From the IMG/VR virus record IMGVR_UViG_2574180238_000003: a stretch of 47,428 nucleotides of DNA, one strand, 5' to 3'. A program made the position numbers and the translations under genes. Source of the DNA: a virus (taxonomy: Duplodnaviria > Heunggongvirae > Uroviricota > Caudoviricetes). A model generated the notes under the pieces. It did not search any database, was not told where the DNA came from, and was given only the letters and a program-made list of their open reading frames with translations. Numbering within the stretch: the first letter of the stretch is position 1; each line of letters opens with the position of its first letter. This document shows, piece after piece, positions 25,264 to 35,812 of this stretch.

Positions 25264-25812
25264 ATGAACGTCAATAAGAAAAAATTGGCCGATATTTTTG
25301 GCGTTGATGTCAGGACCATCACCGCCTGGCAGAGTCAGGGGTTACCACTAGTTTCTGGTGGAGGGAAAGGGACTGAATCAGTTTTTGATACAACTGCTGC
25401 CATTCAGTGGTATGCGCAGCGCGAAGCTGATATTGAAAACGAAAAACTCCGTAAAGAGGTCGAGGATTTGAGGGCTGCCAGCGAATCAGACCTTCAGCCC
25501 GGCACCATTGATTACGAACGTTACCGACTGACGAAGGCACAGGCAGATGCACAGGAACTGAAAAATGCCCGCGACAGTGGGCAGGTCATTGATACAGGGT
25601 TTTGCCTTTTTGCTCTGGGAAGACTGGCACAGGAGATCTCTGCCATTCTTGACTCCATTCCATTGTCCATGCAGAGACAGTTTCCGGCACTGACGCCCGC
25701 TATGCTTGATTTCCTGAAAACCGATATAGCAAAGGCGGCAAACCGATGCGCATCAACGGCAGAGAAGTTACCGGAGATGCTGGATGAATACCTCAGAGAA
25801 GCAGCTAAATAA
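25264..25812 (+). CDS. nu1: Terminase small subunit (Nu1)
   Basis: [29 protein letters not shown]...GGGKG matches recalled lambda Nu1 (MEVNKKQLADIFGASIRTIQNWQEQGMPV...). Confidence 0.9.
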   Translation: MNVNKKKLADIFGVDVRTITAWQSQGLPLVSGGGKGTESVFDTTAAIQWYAQREADIENEKLRKEVEDLRAASESDLQPGTIDYERYRLTKAQADAQELKNARDSGQVIDTGFCLFALGRLAQEISAILDSIPLSMQRQFPALTPAMLDFLKTDIAKAANRCASTAEKLPEMLDEYLREAAK

Positions 25813-27712
25813 CTTTGCTGTTGTTTGTGGAGTGGCACTTCGTGGGCTTTTACGCCCACTGCCTGTAACCACCGTTGAATGGGCCGATCAAAATTATTAT
25901 TTGCCCCCGGAGTCCTCTTATCTTGCCGGGCGGTGGAAGACGTTGCCCTTTCAGGTGGCAATAATGAACTGCATGGGTAATGACCGGATCCGCACAATTA
26001 ATCTTATAAAATCAGCTCGAGTCGGTTACACCAAAATGCTGATGGGCGTTATTGGTTACTTTATTGAGCATAAAAACCGTAACAGTCTTCTGTTTCAGCC
26101 TACGGATTCTGTCGCTGAAGATTTTATGAAGTCTCATGTGGAGTCAACATTACGGGATGTTCCCTGTCTGAAAATTCTTTCCCCCTGGCTGGGGCGTAAG
26201 CACCGGGATAACACACTGACATTAAAAAGATTCACGTCCCGTGTGGGGTTCTGGTGCCTGGGTGGTGCTGCCGCCAAAAACTACCGTGAAAAATCAGTGG
26301 ATGTGGTCTGCTATGACGAACTTTCCTCATTCGAGCCGGATGTCGAAAAAGAGGGCTCGCCAACCCTGCTGGGGGATAAGCGTATTGAGGGCTCGGTATG
26401 GCCAAAATCCATTCGCGGCTCGACGCCAAAAATAAAAGGCTCCTGCCAGATCGAAAAAGCGGCCAACGAGTCGGCACATTTCATGCGTTTTTATGTGCCC
26501 TGCCCGCACTGTGGGGAGGAGCAGTATCTGAAATTTGGCGATGAGTCCACGCCTTTTGGGCTTAAATGGGAGAAGGACAGTCCCGAAAGTGTTTTCTACC
26601 TCTGTGAACATCATGGCTGCGTGATCCATCAGTCTGAACTGGACCAGAGCAACGGGCGGTGGATCTGTGAAAACACGGGGATGTGGACCCGTGACGGTCT
26701 GACGTTTTTCAGCGCTGCGGGTAATGAAATTCCGCCGCCGCGCTCCATCACATTCCATATCTGGACGGCGTACAGTCCGTTCACCACCTGGGTACAGATA
26801 GTCTATTACTGGCTGGATGCACTGAAAGATCCCAACGGCCTGAAAACTTTTGTGAACACCACGCTGGGCGAGACCTGGGAAGAGGCCGTGGGCGAAAAAC
26901 TCGATCACCAGGTACTGATGGATAAGGTTGTGCGTTACACGGCGGCGGTGCCTGTCCGGGTGGTTTATCTGACGGCGGGCATTGACTCGCAGCGAAACCG
27001 TTTTGAGATGTATGTCTGGGGATGGGCTCCGGGAGAGGAAGCTTTTCTGGTGGATAAAATCATCATTATGGGGCGTCCCGATGAGGAAGAGACGCTGTTA
27101 CGTGTGGATGCGGCGATCAACAAAAAATACTGCCATGCAGATGGAACCGAAATGACCATTTCCCGTGTCTGCTGGGACACCGGGGGGATCGATGGTGAAA
27201 TTGTTTATCAGAGATCAAAAAAACACGGTGTTTTCCGGGTGCTGCCGGTAAAAGGCGCGTCTGTCTATGGCAAGCCGGTGATCACCATGCCAAAAACCCG
27301 CAATCAGCGGGGCGTGTATCTGTGTGAAGTGGGGACGGACACCGCAAAAGAAATTCTCTATGCCCGTATGAAAGCCGATCCCACGCCTGTGGATGAAGCC
27401 ACGTCGTATGCCATCCGTTTTCCTGATGATCCGGAGATTTTTTCGCAGACAGAGGCGCAGCAACTGGTCGCGGAAGAGCTTGTGGAGAAGTGGGAAAAAG
27501 GAAAGATGCGTCTGCTGTGGGATAACAAAAAGCGGCGTAACGAAGCGCTGGACTGCCTGGTGTATGCCTACGCGGCATTACGTGTGTCCGTGCAACGCTG
27601 GCAGCTTGATCTGGCTGTACTGGCAAAATCCCGGGAAGAAGAGACGACCCGGCCAACCCTGAAAGAACTGGCAGCGAAGCTGTCCGGAGGAGTGAATGGT
27701 TACAGTCGCTGA
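25784..27712 (+). CDS. A: Terminase large subunit (gpA)
   Basis: 642-aa ORF collinear with recalled lambda A ([35 protein letters not shown] Walker-like region, [17 protein letters not shown]). Confidence 0.9.
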   Translation: MNTSEKQLNNFAVVCGVALRGLLRPLPVTTVEWADQNYYLPPESSYLAGRWKTLPFQVAIMNCMGNDRIRTINLIKSARVGYTKMLMGVIGYFIEHKNRNSLLFQPTDSVAEDFMKSHVESTLRDVPCLKILSPWLGRKHRDNTLTLKRFTSRVGFWCLGGAAAKNYREKSVDVVCYDELSSFEPDVEKEGSPTLLGDKRIEGSVWPKSIRGSTPKIKGSCQIEKAANESAHFMRFYVPCPHCGEEQYLKFGDESTPFGLKWEKDSPESVFYLCEHHGCVIHQSELDQSNGRWICENTGMWTRDGLTFFSAAGNEIPPPRSITFHIWTAYSPFTTWVQIVYYWLDALKDPNGLKTFVNTTLGETWEEAVGEKLDHQVLMDKVVRYTAAVPVRVVYLTAGIDSQRNRFEMYVWGWAPGEEAFLVDKIIIMGRPDEEETLLRVDAAINKKYCHADGTEMTISRVCWDTGGIDGEIVYQRSKKHGVFRVLPVKGASVYGKPVITMPKTRNQRGVYLCEVGTDTAKEILYARMKADPTPVDEATSYAIRFPDDPEIFSQTEAQQLVAEELVEKWEKGKMRLLWDNKKRRNEALDCLVYAYAALRVSVQRWQLDLAVLAKSREEETTRPTLKELAAKLSGGVNGYSR

Positions 27713-27902
27713 ACTGCAGGCGCTGCGTCAGGCGCGCCTTGATTTATTAACCGGTAAACGGGTGGTGTCTGTCCAGAAAGATGGTCGCAGAATTGAATAT
27801 ACGGCGGCTTCTCTGGATGAGCTTAACCGGGCGATCAATGATGCGGAGTCGGTACTGGGGACAACCCGGCGTCGCCGTCGTCCGCTGGGAGTGAGGTTAT
27901 GA
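27696..27902 (+). CDS. W: Head-tail joining protein W
   Basis: 68 aa; LTGKRVVSVQKDGRRIEYTAASL matches recalled lambda W. Confidence 0.8.
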   Translation: MVTVAELQALRQARLDLLTGKRVVSVQKDGRRIEYTAASLDELNRAINDAESVLGTTRRRRRPLGVRL

Positions 27903-29491
27903 AACGAACGCCTGTCCTGATTGATGTGAACGGCGTTCCGCTTCGTGAGAGTCTCAGCTACAACGGGGGCGGTGCAGGATTTGGCGGGCAAATGGCTGAG
28001 TGGTTGCCACCGGCGCAGAGTGCCGATGCGGCCCTGCTGCCCGCGTTGCGTCTGGGGAATGCCCGGGCAGATGATCTGGTGCGCAATAACGGAATAGCGG
28101 CTAATGCGGTGGCTCTGCATAAGGATCACATTGTCGGGCATATGTTTCTGATCAGCTACCGTCCGAACTGGCGCTGGCTGGGGATGCGGGAGACCGCGGC
28201 AAAAAGCTTTGTCGATGAGGTGGAGGCGGCCTGGTCGGAATACGCCGAAGGGATGTTTGGCGAGATCGACGTGGAAGGAAAACGCACGTTCACGGAATTT
28301 ATCCGTGAAGGTGTGGGCGTTCATGCGTTTAACGGCGAAATCTTTGTGCAGCCGGTCTGGGATACGGAAACCACGCAGTTATTCCGTACGCGTTTTAAAG
28401 CCGTGAGTCCGAAACGGGTGGACACGCCTGGACACGGTATGGGGAACCGTTTTCTGCGGGCCGGTGTGGAGGTCGATCGATATGGCCGTGCCGTTGCGTA
28501 CCATATCTGTGAGGATGATTTTCCGTTCTCCGGGAGTGGACGATGGGAACGGATCCCGCGTGAACTTCCCACCGGGCGTCCGGCCATGCTGCATATTTTC
28601 GAGCCGGTGGAGGACGGGCAGACCCGTGGAGCCAATCAGTTTTACAGCGTCATGGAACGGCTGAAGATGCTGGATACGCTGCAGAACACGCAGCTGCAGA
28701 GCGCCATTGTGAAGGCGATGTATGCAGCGACGATTGAAAGTGAACTTGATACCGAAAAGGCCTTTGAATATATCGCGGGGGCACCGCAGGGTCAGCAGGA
28801 TAATCCGCTTATTAATATTCTGGAGAAGTTCTCCAGTTGGTATGACACGAATCATGTGACGCTGGGCGGTGTCAAAATTCCGCACCTTTTCCCCGGGGAT
28901 GATCTGAAACTGCAGACCGCACAGGATTCAGACAATGGATTTTCGGCACTTGAACAGGCGCTGCTGCGGTATATCGCCGCCGGTCTTGGCGTTTCCTACG
29001 AACAGTTGTCCCGTGATTACTCGAAGGTCAGTTATTCAAGTGCCCGCGCCTCCGCCAATGAGTCGTGGCGCTATTTTATGGGACGACGAAAATTTATTGC
29101 GGCCCGGCTGGCCACGCAGATGTTTTCCTGCTGGCTGGAAGAGGCACTTCTTCGGGGGATTATTCGTCCGCCACGGGCGCGTTTTGATTTTTATCAGGCG
29201 CGTTCAGCCTGGTCACGGGCAGAGTGGATTGGAGCCGGAAGAATGGTCATTGACGGGCTCAAGGAGGTCCAGGAATCAGTGATGCGCATTGAGGCCGGAC
29301 TGAGCACGTATGAGAAAGAGCTGGCGCTGATGGGTGAGGATTATCAGGACATTTTCCGCCAGCAGGTCAGGGAATCCGCAGAGCGGGAAAAAGCCGGACT
29401 CTCACGTCCGGTGTGGATAGCGCAGGCGTATCAGCAGCAGATAGCGGAGAGCCGCAGGCCGGAAGAGGAGACAACACCACGTGAGACGTAA
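27899..29491 (+). CDS. B: Portal protein (gpB)
   Basis: 530-aa ORF after W, collinear with lambda B as recalled. Confidence 0.85.
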   Translation: MKRTPVLIDVNGVPLRESLSYNGGGAGFGGQMAEWLPPAQSADAALLPALRLGNARADDLVRNNGIAANAVALHKDHIVGHMFLISYRPNWRWLGMRETAAKSFVDEVEAAWSEYAEGMFGEIDVEGKRTFTEFIREGVGVHAFNGEIFVQPVWDTETTQLFRTRFKAVSPKRVDTPGHGMGNRFLRAGVEVDRYGRAVAYHICEDDFPFSGSGRWERIPRELPTGRPAMLHIFEPVEDGQTRGANQFYSVMERLKMLDTLQNTQLQSAIVKAMYAATIESELDTEKAFEYIAGAPQGQQDNPLINILEKFSSWYDTNHVTLGGVKIPHLFPGDDLKLQTAQDSDNGFSALEQALLRYIAAGLGVSYEQLSRDYSKVSYSSARASANESWRYFMGRRKFIAARLATQMFSCWLEEALLRGIIRPPRARFDFYQARSAWSRAEWIGAGRMVIDGLKEVQESVMRIEAGLSTYEKELALMGEDYQDIFRQQVRESAEREKAGLSRPVWIAQAYQQQIAESRRPEEETTPRET

Positions 29492-30986
29492 TCTTTCACA
29501 CATTATTGCCGCAGCATTCAATGAACCGCTGCTTCTGGAGCCCGCCTATGCGCGGGTTTTCTTTTGCGCGCTCGGGCGCGAGATGGGGGCAGCAAGTCTT
29601 TCGTTACCACAACAGCAGGTACAGCTTGATGCTCCCGGGATGCTGGCTGAAACGGACGAGTACATGGCCGGAGGTAAACGACCGGCCCGTGTTTACCGGG
29701 TGGTGAACGGTATTGCGGTACTGCCGGTGACCGGCACGCTGGTGCACCGGCTGGGTGGTATGCGGCCATTTTCCGGAATGACAGGCTATGACGGCATTGT
29801 TGCCTGTCTTCAGCAGGCAATGGCGGACACCTCTGTCCGGGGCGTACTGCTGGATATTGACAGTCCGGGCGGGCAGGCCGCCGGTGCGTTTGACTGCGCT
29901 GACATGATTTACCGCCTCCGGCAGCAGAAGCCGGTCTGGGCACTGTGTAATGACACGGCCTGTTCTGCGGCCATGCTGCTGGCGTCGGCCTGCTCCCGAC
30001 GGCTGGTTACCCAGACATCCCGTATCGGCTCCATTGGCGTGATGATGGGCCATGTCAGCTATGCCGGTCATCTGGCGCAGGCCGGAGTGGATATCACGCT
30101 GATTTATGCCGGGGCGCATAAGGTGGATGGCAATCAGTTTGAAGCGTTGCCGTCAGAGGTTCGCCAGGACATGCAGCAGCGGATTGATGCGGCGCACCGG
30201 ATGTTTGCCGAAAAAGTGGCGATGTATACGGGGCTGTCTGTGGAAGCTGTCACGGGGACAGAGGCTGCCGTTTTTGAAGGTCAGTCCGGTATTGAGGCCG
30301 GGCTGGCGGATGAATTAATCAATGCGTCGGATGCCATCAGCGTGATGGCTGCGGCGCTGAACACACATGATACAGGAGGCACTATGCCGCAATTAACTGC
30401 AACGGAAGCCGCCGCGCAGGAGAACCAGCGAGTGATGGGGATCCTGACATGCCAGGAAGCGAAAGGACGTGAACAGCTTGCCACGATGCTGGCAGGACAA
30501 CAGGGCATGAGCGTTGAACAGGCCCGGGCGATTCTGGCCGCGGCAGCACCGCAGCAGCCGGTGGCATCCGCGCAGAGTGAAGCCGATCGCATTATGGCGT
30601 GTGAAGAAGCGAAAGGTCGTGAACAACTGGCGGCAACGCTGGCGGCGATGCCGGATATGACGGTGGAAAAAGCCCGCCCGATCCTGGCGGCTTCACCGCA
30701 GGCGGATGCCGGACCCTCACTCCGTGATCAGATTATGGCTCTGGATGAGGCAAAAGGGGCTGAGGCGCAGGCTGAAAAACTGGCGGCGTTTCCCGGAATG
30801 ACGGTGGAGGCTGCCCGCGACATTCTGTCCTCATCGCCGGATAAAGCAGAACCGGTTTCTGCATCCACAACCGCCATGTTTGAACGCATCATGGCGAACC
30901 ATTCACCGGCAGCCGTGCAGGGTGGCGTGTCACAGACGTCGGCAGACGGTGATGCGGACGTGAAAATGCTCATGGCCATGCCATGA
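29481..30986 (+). CDS. C: Head protease/scaffold C (S49-family) with Nu3-like C-terminal repeats
   Basis: N-terminal NEPLLLEPAYARVFFCAL and ClpP/S49-like core match recalled lambda C; the C-terminal third has three tandem ~38-aa repeats (CQEAKGREQLA..., CEEAKGREQLA..., LDEAKGAEAQA...). Confidence 0.8.
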   Translation: MRRNLSHIIAAAFNEPLLLEPAYARVFFCALGREMGAASLSLPQQQVQLDAPGMLAETDEYMAGGKRPARVYRVVNGIAVLPVTGTLVHRLGGMRPFSGMTGYDGIVACLQQAMADTSVRGVLLDIDSPGGQAAGAFDCADMIYRLRQQKPVWALCNDTACSAAMLLASACSRRLVTQTSRIGSIGVMMGHVSYAGHLAQAGVDITLIYAGAHKVDGNQFEALPSEVRQDMQQRIDAAHRMFAEKVAMYTGLSVEAVTGTEAAVFEGQSGIEAGLADELINASDAISVMAAALNTHDTGGTMPQLTATEAAAQENQRVMGILTCQEAKGREQLATMLAGQQGMSVEQARAILAAAAPQQPVASAQSEADRIMACEEAKGREQLAATLAAMPDMTVEKARPILAASPQADAGPSLRDQIMALDEAKGAEAQAEKLAAFPGMTVEAARDILSSSPDKAEPVSASTTAMFERIMANHSPAAVQGGVSQTSADGDADVKMLMAMP

Positions 30987-31022
30987 AGTCAGTGCTGACC
31001 ATCAATATGAGGTTTTTACAAT

Positions 31023-31370
31023 ATGGTAACGAAAACCATCACTGAACAACGTGCAGAAGTACGTATTTTTGCCGGTAATGATCCGGCTCATACCGCCACA
31101 GGCAGCAGCGGGATTTCTCAGGCAACACCGGCACTGACGCCCCTGATGCTGGATGAAGCCAGCGGGAAACTGGTGGTCTGGGACGGACAGAAAGCCGGTA
31201 GTGCGGCTGGCATACTGGTACTGCCGCTTGAAGGCACAGAGACGGTGCTGACGTATTACAAGTCGGGGACCTTTGCGACGGAGGCAATCCGCTGGCCTGA
31301 AAGTGTGGATGAACACAAAAAGGCCAACGCCTTTGCTGGCACAGCCCTGAGTCACGCGGCGCTGCCATAA
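31023..31370 (+). CDS. D: Head decoration protein D
   Basis: 115 aa; DPAHTAT...TPLMLD...YYKSGTF...FAGTA matches recalled lambda D. Confidence 0.85.
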   Translation: MVTKTITEQRAEVRIFAGNDPAHTATGSSGISQATPALTPLMLDEASGKLVVWDGQKAGSAAGILVLPLEGTETVLTYYKSGTFATEAIRWPESVDEHKKANAFAGTALSHAALP

Positions 31371-31427
31371 CACGTTATCAGGCCACCGCGTTGGCCTGAC
31401 TGATTTCTGAATGAAAGGAACTGATTT

Positions 31428-32456
31428 ATGGGATTGTTTACGACCCGCCAGTTACTCGGTTATACCGAACAAAAAGTGAAATTTCGTGCGCTGTTTCTGG
31501 AACTGTTTTTCCACCGTACGGTGAATTTCCACACCGAAGAGGTGATGCTGGACAAAATTACCGGAAAAACGCCGGTGGCAGCCTATGTCTCCCCGGTTGT
31601 TGAAGGAAAAGTGCTGCGTCATCGTGGTGGTGAAACCCGCGTGTTACGTCCGGGCTACGTCAAGCCGAAACACGAATTTAATTACCAGCAGGCGGTGGAG
31701 CGCCTTCCCGGTGAAGATCCGGCGCAGCTGAACGACCCGGCCTACCGTCGTCTGCGTATCATCACCGATAACCTCAAACAGGAAGAGCACGCCATTGTCC
31801 AGGTGGAAGAAATGCAGGCGGTGAATGCCGTACTGTATGGCAAATACACCATGGAAGGAGACCAGTTCGAGAAAATTGAGGTTGATTTTGGCAGATCGAC
31901 GAAGAATAACATCATACAGGGTAGCGGTAAGGAGTGGTCAAAACAGGACCGTGACACGTTCGACCCGACATATGATATCGACCTTTTCTGTGATCAGGCC
32001 AGCGGTCTTGTGAATATTGCCATCATGGACGGTACCGTCTGGCGTCTGCTGAATGGCTTTAAGCTGTTCCGCGAAAAACTGGATACCCGTCGCGGCTCAA
32101 ATTCACAACTCGAAACGGCAGTGAAAGACCTGGGGTCGGTGGTATCTTTCAAGGGGTATTACGGCGATCTGGCCATTGTGGTGGCGAAAACATCTTATGT
32201 GGCAGAGGACGGTACCGAAAAACGTTATCTTCCAGATGGCACGCTGGTCCTGGGAAATACGGCTGCTGAGGGCATCCGTTGCTATGGTGCCATTCAGGAT
32301 GCGCAGGCGTTGTCCGAAGGTGTGGTGGCCTCTTCCCGTTATCCGAAACACTGGATGACCGTGGGCGATCCGGCCCGTGAATTCACCATGACGCAGTCCG
32401 CGCCGCTGATGGTGCTGCCGGATCCGGATGAGTTTGTGGTGGTACAGGTGAAATAA
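31428..32456 (+). CDS. E: Major capsid protein E
   Basis: 342 aa; collinear with recalled lambda E (PGYVKPKHE, QVEEMQAV, KLDTRRGSNS, TGDPAREFTM). Confidence 0.9.
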   Translation: MGLFTTRQLLGYTEQKVKFRALFLELFFHRTVNFHTEEVMLDKITGKTPVAAYVSPVVEGKVLRHRGGETRVLRPGYVKPKHEFNYQQAVERLPGEDPAQLNDPAYRRLRIITDNLKQEEHAIVQVEEMQAVNAVLYGKYTMEGDQFEKIEVDFGRSTKNNIIQGSGKEWSKQDRDTFDPTYDIDLFCDQASGLVNIAIMDGTVWRLLNGFKLFREKLDTRRGSNSQLETAVKDLGSVVSFKGYYGDLAIVVAKTSYVAEDGTEKRYLPDGTLVLGNTAAEGIRCYGAIQDAQALSEGVVASSRYPKHWMTVGDPAREFTMTQSAPLMVLPDPDEFVVVQVK

Positions 32457-32508
32457 TCCGGGAGCGGGGGCGAAATGCCCCCGTGTCTTTTTTCACAGGG
32501 GGCTGGAT

Positions 32509-32877
32509 ATGGCAACAAAAGAAGAAAATCAGAAACGTCTTCGTGAACTGGCTGGCCTGCTGGGGCGCGAGGCGGATATGTCGGGGAGTGCAGCGGATAT
32601 CGCACAGCGTGTGGCAGAGTGGGAAGAGGAGGTTTGCGCATCGGAAAATGAAATCGCAGATGTTGATGATACCGTTTATGAGCAGGCATACAGGAACACC
32701 GGTGAGGATGCTTTCGGTATTCTGGAACGTATCAGGCTTCTGAAGTGTTTTTACCTGTGCGGTGTTGACGATGAAACAGGTGAGCCTGTTGAGCATGTTG
32801 ATGCTGGCAGAGTAATTCTGATGCCCCCCTCAGTGGCAAAAGACATGGTCAAGAGTGGAATGGCCGTTTATGCGTGA
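32509..32877 (+). CDS. DNA packaging protein FI
   Basis: 122-aa acidic protein in the FI position between E and FII. Confidence 0.6.
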   Translation: MATKEENQKRLRELAGLLGREADMSGSAADIAQRVAEWEEEVCASENEIADVDDTVYEQAYRNTGEDAFGILERIRLLKCFYLCGVDDETGEPVEHVDAGRVILMPPSVAKDMVKSGMAVYA

Positions 32878-33223
32878 TTTTCAGAATGCCTTCGATGCTG
32901 CCCTCGCCGGGGTGGACAGCACGATTGTTGAAGTGATGGGACTCTGTGCGCAGTTCACCTCGGGGGCACAGCGTGGCGGCGAAGTTCAGGGGGTTTTTGA
33001 CGATCCGGAGTCGCTGGGTTTTGCCGGTGGCGGGGTCCGTATTGAAGGAAGCAGCCCGTCATTATTTGTGCGGACGGATACGGTTCGGGCTGTGCGGCGT
33101 GGTGACACGCTGACCATTAACGGCGAGATGTTCTGGGTGGATCGTGTTTCTCCGGATGACGGGGGCAGCTGTTATCTCTGGCTCAACCGTGGGCAACCAC
33201 CCGCAGTTAACCGGCGACGATAA
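32870..33223 (+). CDS. Head-tail connector FII
   Basis: MRDFQNAFDAA...VFDDPE...GVRIEGSSPSLFVRTD...VDRVSPDDGGSCYLWL matches recalled lambda FII. Confidence 0.85.
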   Translation: MRDFQNAFDAALAGVDSTIVEVMGLCAQFTSGAQRGGEVQGVFDDPESLGFAGGGVRIEGSSPSLFVRTDTVRAVRRGDTLTINGEMFWVDRVSPDDGGSCYLWLNRGQPPAVNRRR

Positions 33224-33238
33224 ACGCAGGGTGAAATT

Positions 33239-33772
33239 ATGGCGATAAAAGGGCTTGATCAGGCGATTGAAAATCTGAGCCGGGTTCGTAAAAACGCCAT
33301 TCCTGCTGCTTCAGCAATGGCCATTAACCGCGTGGCCACAACGGCAATAAATCAGTCTGCGTCACAGGTTGCCCGTGAGACAAAGGTACGCCGGAAACTG
33401 GTAAAGGAACGCTCCAGACTGAAACGGGCCACGGTCAGAAATCCGAATGCAAAAATTATCGTTAACCGCGGTGATCTTCCAGTGATTAAGCTGGGGATCA
33501 GGATGCTGGGCCGTCGTCCGAACAGCATACTTAAAGCCGGTCAGCATCGGTATCAGCGGGCATTCATTCAGCGATTAAAAAACGGTCGCTGGCATGTCAT
33601 GCAGCGTGTGGCCGGGAAAAACCGTTACCCTATTGATGTGGTGAAAATCCCGATGGCGGCCCCACTGAAACAGGCGTTTGATGAGAATGTTGACCGTATC
33701 CGGCGTGAACGCCTGCCCGGAGAACTGGCATCCGCGCTGAAACAACAACTGAGGATTGCGATAAAACGATGA
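33239..33772 (+). CDS. Z: Tail component Z
   Basis: MAIKGLDQAIENLSR...RVAGKNRYPIDVVKIPMA... matches recalled lambda Z. Confidence 0.85.
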   Translation: MAIKGLDQAIENLSRVRKNAIPAASAMAINRVATTAINQSASQVARETKVRRKLVKERSRLKRATVRNPNAKIIVNRGDLPVIKLGIRMLGRRPNSILKAGQHRYQRAFIQRLKNGRWHVMQRVAGKNRYPIDVVKIPMAAPLKQAFDENVDRIRRERLPGELASALKQQLRIAIKR

Positions 33773-34164
33773 AACATACTGATATCCGTGCTGCAGTGCT
33801 GGATGCACTCGAGCAGCATGAACACGGGGCGACGCTGTTTGATGGTCGCCCTGTTGTTTTTGACGAAGAGGATTTTCCTGCGATCGCGGTTTATCTGACG
33901 GATGCAGAGTATACCGGTGAAGAGCTGGATGCAGATACCTGGCGGGCCACACTGCATATTGAGGTGTTTTTACCGGCACAGGTACCTGATTCGGAGCTCG
34001 ATCAGTGGATGGAAAGCCGGATTTATCCGGCGATGACTGCGATCCCGGCACTGGCAGGACTGATTACCACGATGGTTACGCAGGGCTATGAGTATCGTCG
34101 TGATGACGATATGGCGTTATGGAGCTCTGCGGATCTGACTTATTCCATTACATACGAGATGTGA
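33769..34164 (+). CDS. U: Tail terminator U
   Basis: 131-aa ORF between Z and V; lambda gene order. Confidence 0.75.
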   Translation: MKHTDIRAAVLDALEQHEHGATLFDGRPVVFDEEDFPAIAVYLTDAEYTGEELDADTWRATLHIEVFLPAQVPDSELDQWMESRIYPAMTAIPALAGLITTMVTQGYEYRRDDDMALWSSADLTYSITYEM

Positions 34165-34171
34165 GGACGAT

Positions 34172-34921
34172 ATGGCAACACCAAATCCCCTGGAGCCGGT
34201 AAAAGGTGCCGGTACCACTCTGTGGGTTTACAACGGCAAGGCTGATGCTTATGCAAACCCGTTGTCAGACGATGACTGGCAGCGACTGGCGAAGGTGAAG
34301 GATCTGACCCCCGGCGAGATGACGGCAGAATCCTACGATGATAACTATCTGGATGATGAGGATGCTGACTGGGTATCCACCGGGCAGGGGCAGAAATCTG
34401 CCGGTGACACCAGTTTTACGCTGGCCTGGAAGCCGGGTGAGAAAGGGCAGCGCGATTTGATTGCCTGGTTTGACAGCAGTGAGACACGGGCCTACAAAAT
34501 CCGTTTCCCGAACGGCACGGTGGATGTGTTCCGTGGCTGGGTGAGTGCTATTGGTAAAGCGGTGACCGCCAAAGAGGTGATCACCCGTACCGTGAAGATC
34601 ACCAATATCGGCCGTCCGTCGCTGGCGGAAGATCAGGGGGACATCACACCGGTCACCGGTATTACCGTGACGCCACCAACGGGCAATGTGGCAAAAGGTC
34701 AGAATATCACCCTGACCGTGGCTGTTCAGCCGGAAGGGGCGACGGATAAAACATTCCGTGCCACGTCGGCGAATCAGAATTTCGCCACCATTACCGTGAA
34801 GGGGAACACGATCACGGTGAAAGGTGTTGCGGCAGGGAAAGCACAGATCCCTGTGGTTACCGGCAATGGTGAGTTTGCGGCAGTGGCGGAAATTACCGTC
34901 ACGGATGGTGCAACGGGTTAA
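34172..34921 (+). CDS. V: Major tail protein V (with C-terminal Ig-like domain)
   Basis: 249 aa; C-terminal Big_2-like repeat region ([31 protein letters not shown]); position before G/GT. Confidence 0.85.
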   Translation: MATPNPLEPVKGAGTTLWVYNGKADAYANPLSDDDWQRLAKVKDLTPGEMTAESYDDNYLDDEDADWVSTGQGQKSAGDTSFTLAWKPGEKGQRDLIAWFDSSETRAYKIRFPNGTVDVFRGWVSAIGKAVTAKEVITRTVKITNIGRPSLAEDQGDITPVTGITVTPPTGNVAKGQNITLTVAVQPEGATDKTFRATSANQNFATITVKGNTITVKGVAAGKAQIPVVTGNGEFAAVAEITVTDGATG

Positions 34922-34940
34922 GCTGAGGGAGTGATAAAGC

Positions 34941-35372
34941 ATGTTTCTGAAAACAGAACAATTTGAATATAACGGTGTGTCTGTCACGCTTTCTGAGCTG
35001 TCTGCGCTGCAGCGTATTGAGCATCTTGCCCTCCTGAAACGGCGGGCAGAAGAGGCTGAAGCCTGCGGTAACCGGCAGGTGAGCGTGGAGGACCTTGTCA
35101 GAACCGGGGCGTTTCTGGTGGCGATGTCCCTGTGGCATAACCATCCACAGAAAACGGCGTCACCGTCAATGAATGAGGCCGTGATGAAGATAGAGCAGGA
35201 AGTGCTCACCACCTGGCCTGCCGATGCCATTGCCCGGGCGGAAGACGTTGTGTTGTGCCTGTCCGGGATGATCGAAGCTGTTCGTCCGGATACTGATATC
35301 ACCGAAGTGGCGAAAAATAACGTGCTGACTGATGATGATTTTTCTGCGGGAAAGTCTTCGACGGCGAGCTGA
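34941..35372 (+). CDS. G: Tail assembly chaperone G
   Basis: MFLKTEQFEYNGVSVTLSELSALQRIEHLALLKRRAE... matches recalled lambda G; slippery heptamer G GGA AAG at 35348-35354. Confidence 0.85.
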   Translation: MFLKTEQFEYNGVSVTLSELSALQRIEHLALLKRRAEEAEACGNRQVSVEDLVRTGAFLVAMSLWHNHPQKTASPSMNEAVMKIEQEVLTTWPADAIARAEDVVLCLSGMIEAVRPDTDITEVAKNNVLTDDDFSAGKSSTAS

Positions 35373-35812
35373 ATTTTGCCCTCAGACTGGCGCGTGAGAT
35401 GGGGAGACCCGACTGGCGCGCCATGCTTGCCGGGATGACATCCACCGAATATGCCGACTGGCGACATTTTTACCGCACGCATTATTTTCACGATACCCAG
35501 CTGGATATGCATTTTTCCGGGCTGACGTACGCTGTACTCAGCCTGTTTTTTTGCGATCCGGATATGCATCCCTCTGATTTCAGTCTGCTTGTCCCCCGGC
35601 ATGAGGAAGCGCAGGTGGAGAGGCAGGATGAGGACAAAATGCTGATGCAGAAAGCGGCAGGACTTGCCGGAGGCGTCCGGTTCGGTGGGGACGGAGGGCG
35701 CGATATTTTATCGTCTGCGGATGTGGCGGATGTCATGGTGGATGATGCCGTATTAATGATGTCTTCAGCGGGGATTTCCGGAGGTGTGAGATATGTCCCA
35801 GCCGGTTGGTGA
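34941..35812 (+). CDS. Tail assembly chaperone G-T fusion (programmed -1 frameshift)
   Basis: Slip at GGGAAAG (35348-35354) into the -1 frame continues through the 35399-35812 ORF (RPDWRAMLAGMTSTEYADW...), matching recalled lambda gpGT. Confidence 0.75.

Noticed and set aside
34265-35602. 445-aa minus-strand ORF antisense to V, G and T
   Set aside because: Entirely antisense to well-supported lambda-like tail genes in GC-rich DNA; Arg/Cys/His-rich composition typical of a spurious antisense frame.
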